This document shows, piece after piece, positions 61,693 through 64,000 of a DNA stretch of 64,000 nucleotides (positions are counted from its first letter, which is position 1; each line of letters opens with the position of its first letter). The DNA is from Blastocatellia bacterium (lineage in GTDB: Bacteria; Acidobacteriota; Blastocatellia; UBA7656): the NCBI GenBank assembly GCA_963765495.1, contig CAVXWP010000014.1, positions 1 to 64,000 on the forward strand, given 5' to 3'. A program made the translations under genes and the position numbers. The notes under the pieces are model-generated. The model was not told where the DNA came from and did no database searches. It saw only the letters and a list, made by a program, of their open reading frames with translations.

Positions 61693-62502
61693 ATGCAAAA
61701 GCCCGCGACAAAAGACGTACTCTCCTACATCATCGTGCCGTTCATATTCCTGACGGTGGCGCTTGTGGGCGGCGTGCGCATCACGGTTGAAAACCACGAA
61801 CTGCAATTCATCGGGCCGCAACTCGTCTCGTTGATACTCGCGGCGTTTGCCATGATTTTGTTCGCGCGCGGGGGTCTTGTAGAACTGCCCCGCTACGTGG
61901 GCGAACATCGCGGATTGCTTGATAACGCTTCCGGGGTTGTGAGCCTGGTGAGCCTCTATTTTGCGACGGTCCAGATTTTCAACTCGGTCACGCCGGAACG
62001 GGGGCTGCTGAATTTCTTCTTTTATCTCTTTTACTTTCTGATCTTCTGGAACAATCTGTTTGTGGTCTTCAACCCTGCGCGGTTGGCAAAGAGCCTGGCC
62101 ACGGTCCTTGGCGCATCGTTCCTTTTGAAATACCTTGTACTGGCGGATCTGTTTGCGCCGACCGAGTCGTGGGCAAAATACATACTGCAACGGCTGATGC
62201 AAACGGCTTCGCTTGGCGCGCTCGATTATCAGGCGTTTGCCCCGGCTACAGGCTACATAGGATTTGCCGCGCTTGCGCTTTACCTGCTTGGACTCTATTT
62301 GATCGCGCCCCCGGTTGACCGGGCGGAAGAGTTGCTCTACAGGATATTCATCGAGCGATACAGACTCACGCCCGCCGAGCGCCGCCGCTTGCTTACTACC
62401 ATTGCCGAGACGGCCTCCCTCAATGAAGGTGTTATTGAAGAAGATGTTATTGAAGCCGATGTGGTCGAGCCTCAAACCCTTGAGGTGCGCGACTCCGACT
62501 AA
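61693..62502 (+). CDS. Hypothetical multi-pass membrane protein
   Basis: About 6 hydrophobic helices and an acidic tail. Confidence 0.7.
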   Translation: MQKPATKDVLSYIIVPFIFLTVALVGGVRITVENHELQFIGPQLVSLILAAFAMILFARGGLVELPRYVGEHRGLLDNASGVVSLVSLYFATVQIFNSVTPERGLLNFFFYLFYFLIFWNNLFVVFNPARLAKSLATVLGASFLLKYLVLADLFAPTESWAKYILQRLMQTASLGALDYQAFAPATGYIGFAALALYLLGLYLIAPPVDRAEELLYRIFIERYRLTPAERRRLLTTIAETASLNEGVIEEDVIEADVVEPQTLEVRDSD

Positions 62503-62514
62503 CGCGCCTGTGAG

Positions 62515-62784
62515 TTACCAGTCAAGATCGTAGGACTCTACGCCGAGGGTTTCGTAAAGCGAGGATGCCTGAGCTTTCGAGGGTGGTTTTGCGGGCACAT
62601 CCAGAACGCGAACCGTGGTGAGCGAGCCGCGCTGGCGTATGCTGATTTCATCGCCTGCGCGCACTTCACGCGCGCTCTTTGCCTGATTTCCGTTAAGGCT
62701 GATCGCGCCCGCCTCGCACATCTGCTGCGCGAGCGTGCGGCGCGGGACGAGCCGACTCTGCTTTAAGAAGATATCCAGTCGCAT
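62515..62784 (-). CDS. S4-domain RNA-binding protein (Hsp15/RqcP-like)
   Basis: MRLDIFLK.SRL..RRTLA...C.AG...LNG..AK...V..GD. Confidence 0.88.
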   Translation of the reverse strand: MRLDIFLKQSRLVPRRTLAQQMCEAGAISLNGNQAKSAREVRAGDEISIRQRGSLTTVRVLDVPAKPPSKAQASSLYETLGVESYDLDW

Positions 62785-62810
62785 TTTTGAGCAATAGTCT
62801 CAAGGTCAGA

Positions 62811-62937
62811 CACGGGGACGCGGCGAAAAGAGGGAGCAGGGGGAATTTGAATTTGATGAATCATAGAATCCGACAAATGATCGCCGCGCCCTCGTGTTGC
62901 CCCATCTCTGCATTTTCGCATCCCCGTGTTGCCCCGT
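62811..62937. repeat. Degenerate inverted octamer-like repeat (CACGGGGA/CCCCGTG)
   Basis: cacggggacgcggcga ... tcgccgcgccctcgtg ... atccccgtgttgccccg. Confidence 0.55.
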
Positions 62938-62943
62938 CGTAGC

Positions 62944-63978
62944 CTACTGATTCTCTTTCTTTTCTTCTACTACCTGAGCCTGATAGCGGTCGGTAATCTT
63001 TATATAAGCCTCTTCGCGCAACTGCTTGAGGTATTTCTTGCGGGCGTCCTCGGCTTGATCCATCACAGCGGCGTTGGCTACGGCCTGCTGGACCTTGGGG
63101 TCGTCAAACGGGAGCACCTGTTCAGGCTTTCGCTCGTCCACGCGAACAATTTGAAAACCGTCCTGAACCCTTAGGGGCTCGGTAATGTCGCCGACCTTGA
63201 GCGTCGAGATGGCTTTTTCTATATCTTCTTTCATCTCGCCCGGCTTGAAGGTCCCAAGCTTTCCGTCCCGCGCCCGCGAAGGCTGGTTTTGCGCTGTGTA
63301 CTTGTGCACCGCTTCGACAAAGGATAATGCCCCGCCGCGCAATTCGGCTACGATGCGGCGAGCGCGCTGCTCTACATCGGCTGCGGTGTAGCCTTCGAGC
63401 GGCAAAAATATTTCAGAGATAGTCACTTCGCCCGGCTTTGTGAACTCTTTCTTATACTTTTCATAAAAATCGCGACGATCTTTATCGGTAAGATTGGCAT
63501 AGATCGGCTGGAGCACTTCGCGCTGAATTACGTATCTTTGCTGGAACTGCTTGCGTAGCGATGACCTCGCCGTTTCCGGTTCTATCCCCTGCTTTTTGAG
63601 TTCCTGCTCAAGGGCTAATGCATTTGGCAGATTGTTCTCTTTGGCAATGGCATCCATCTGCTCATTGATCTCGGCTTCAACATCTATGCCGAGTTCCTTG
63701 GCCTTTTGCTGAAGCAGCAGATCGTCGATCATGATATCGAGCACGGTCGGCTTGAGTTTCTCGATCTGCGCTTCTATTTCGGCCTGACTTTTACCCTGCA
63801 TCTGGCGGGTAATCTCCGTCCTTAAATCGTTTTGCGCGTTATTATAGTCGTTTAGCGTGATTATATCGCTATTGACGTGGGCCACTATCTCGTTCACCAG
63901 TGTCGGTTCCTGCGCGTGCGTGTGCGCCACAAAACCCAGAATCAGAGCAGCCCCAAGCATTCCACTTAGAAACTTCAT
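62944..63978 (-). CDS. SurA/PrsA-like peptidyl-prolyl isomerase
   Basis: Signal peptide, EIVAHVNSDIIT (SurA N-domain) and a parvulin-like GKLG.F...LKVGDITEP....GFQIV. Confidence 0.88.
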   Translation of the reverse strand: MKFLSGMLGAALILGFVAHTHAQEPTLVNEIVAHVNSDIITLNDYNNAQNDLRTEITRQMQGKSQAEIEAQIEKLKPTVLDIMIDDLLLQQKAKELGIDVEAEINEQMDAIAKENNLPNALALEQELKKQGIEPETARSSLRKQFQQRYVIQREVLQPIYANLTDKDRRDFYEKYKKEFTKPGEVTISEIFLPLEGYTAADVEQRARRIVAELRGGALSFVEAVHKYTAQNQPSRARDGKLGTFKPGEMKEDIEKAISTLKVGDITEPLRVQDGFQIVRVDERKPEQVLPFDDPKVQQAVANAAVMDQAEDARKKYLKQLREEAYIKITDRYQAQVVEEKKENQ

Positions 63979-64000
63979 ACTACACATCCTCTCTTTGAAT

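Overview
The window looks like a chimera of two genomes joined at about 8649. Bases 1-~8648 are very GC-rich (by eye ~70-75%) and actinobacterial-like, with frameshifts in nearly every gene, as expected from unpolished long-read sequence. They encode an acetyl-CoA hydrolase/transferase, a sulfatase, a large secreted alpha/beta-hydrolase-like protein, a heme-binding protein, DUF3556 and a truncated phytoene-desaturase-like oxidoreductase. Bases ~8650-64000 have moderate GC (by eye ~55%), clean ORFs and an Acidobacteria-like gene set. This part holds iorAB-like genes (iorB cut at the junction), two esterases flanking a TonB-dependent receptor, an amidohydrolase-VOC-MauG-like-M20 cluster, nagA, an ECF/anti-sigma pair, lepA, and a DUF6941-like/Clp ATPase/YbjN-like/coaE/radical SAM operon. 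It also holds two hybrid kinases, a biotin carboxylase and carrier, greA, an ECF-Ser/Thr kinase pair, a deoxyhypusine-synthase-like gene, an S4 protein and a SurA-like PPIase. I saw no rRNA, tRNA, CRISPR array or intact transposase. Strongest leads: (1) a Clp ATPase whose second AAA+ ring looks catalytically dead, co-transcribed with YbjN-like and DUF6941-like partners; (2) the probably exported amidohydrolase-VOC-diheme cluster; (3) several families of intergenic hairpins built from 7-9 bp tandem units; (4) a ~218 bp MITE-like element with terminal inverted repeats and a 9 bp target duplication; (5) a shared TetR-like operator at the receptor/esterase promoters. All family calls come from motif recognition, not database searches.
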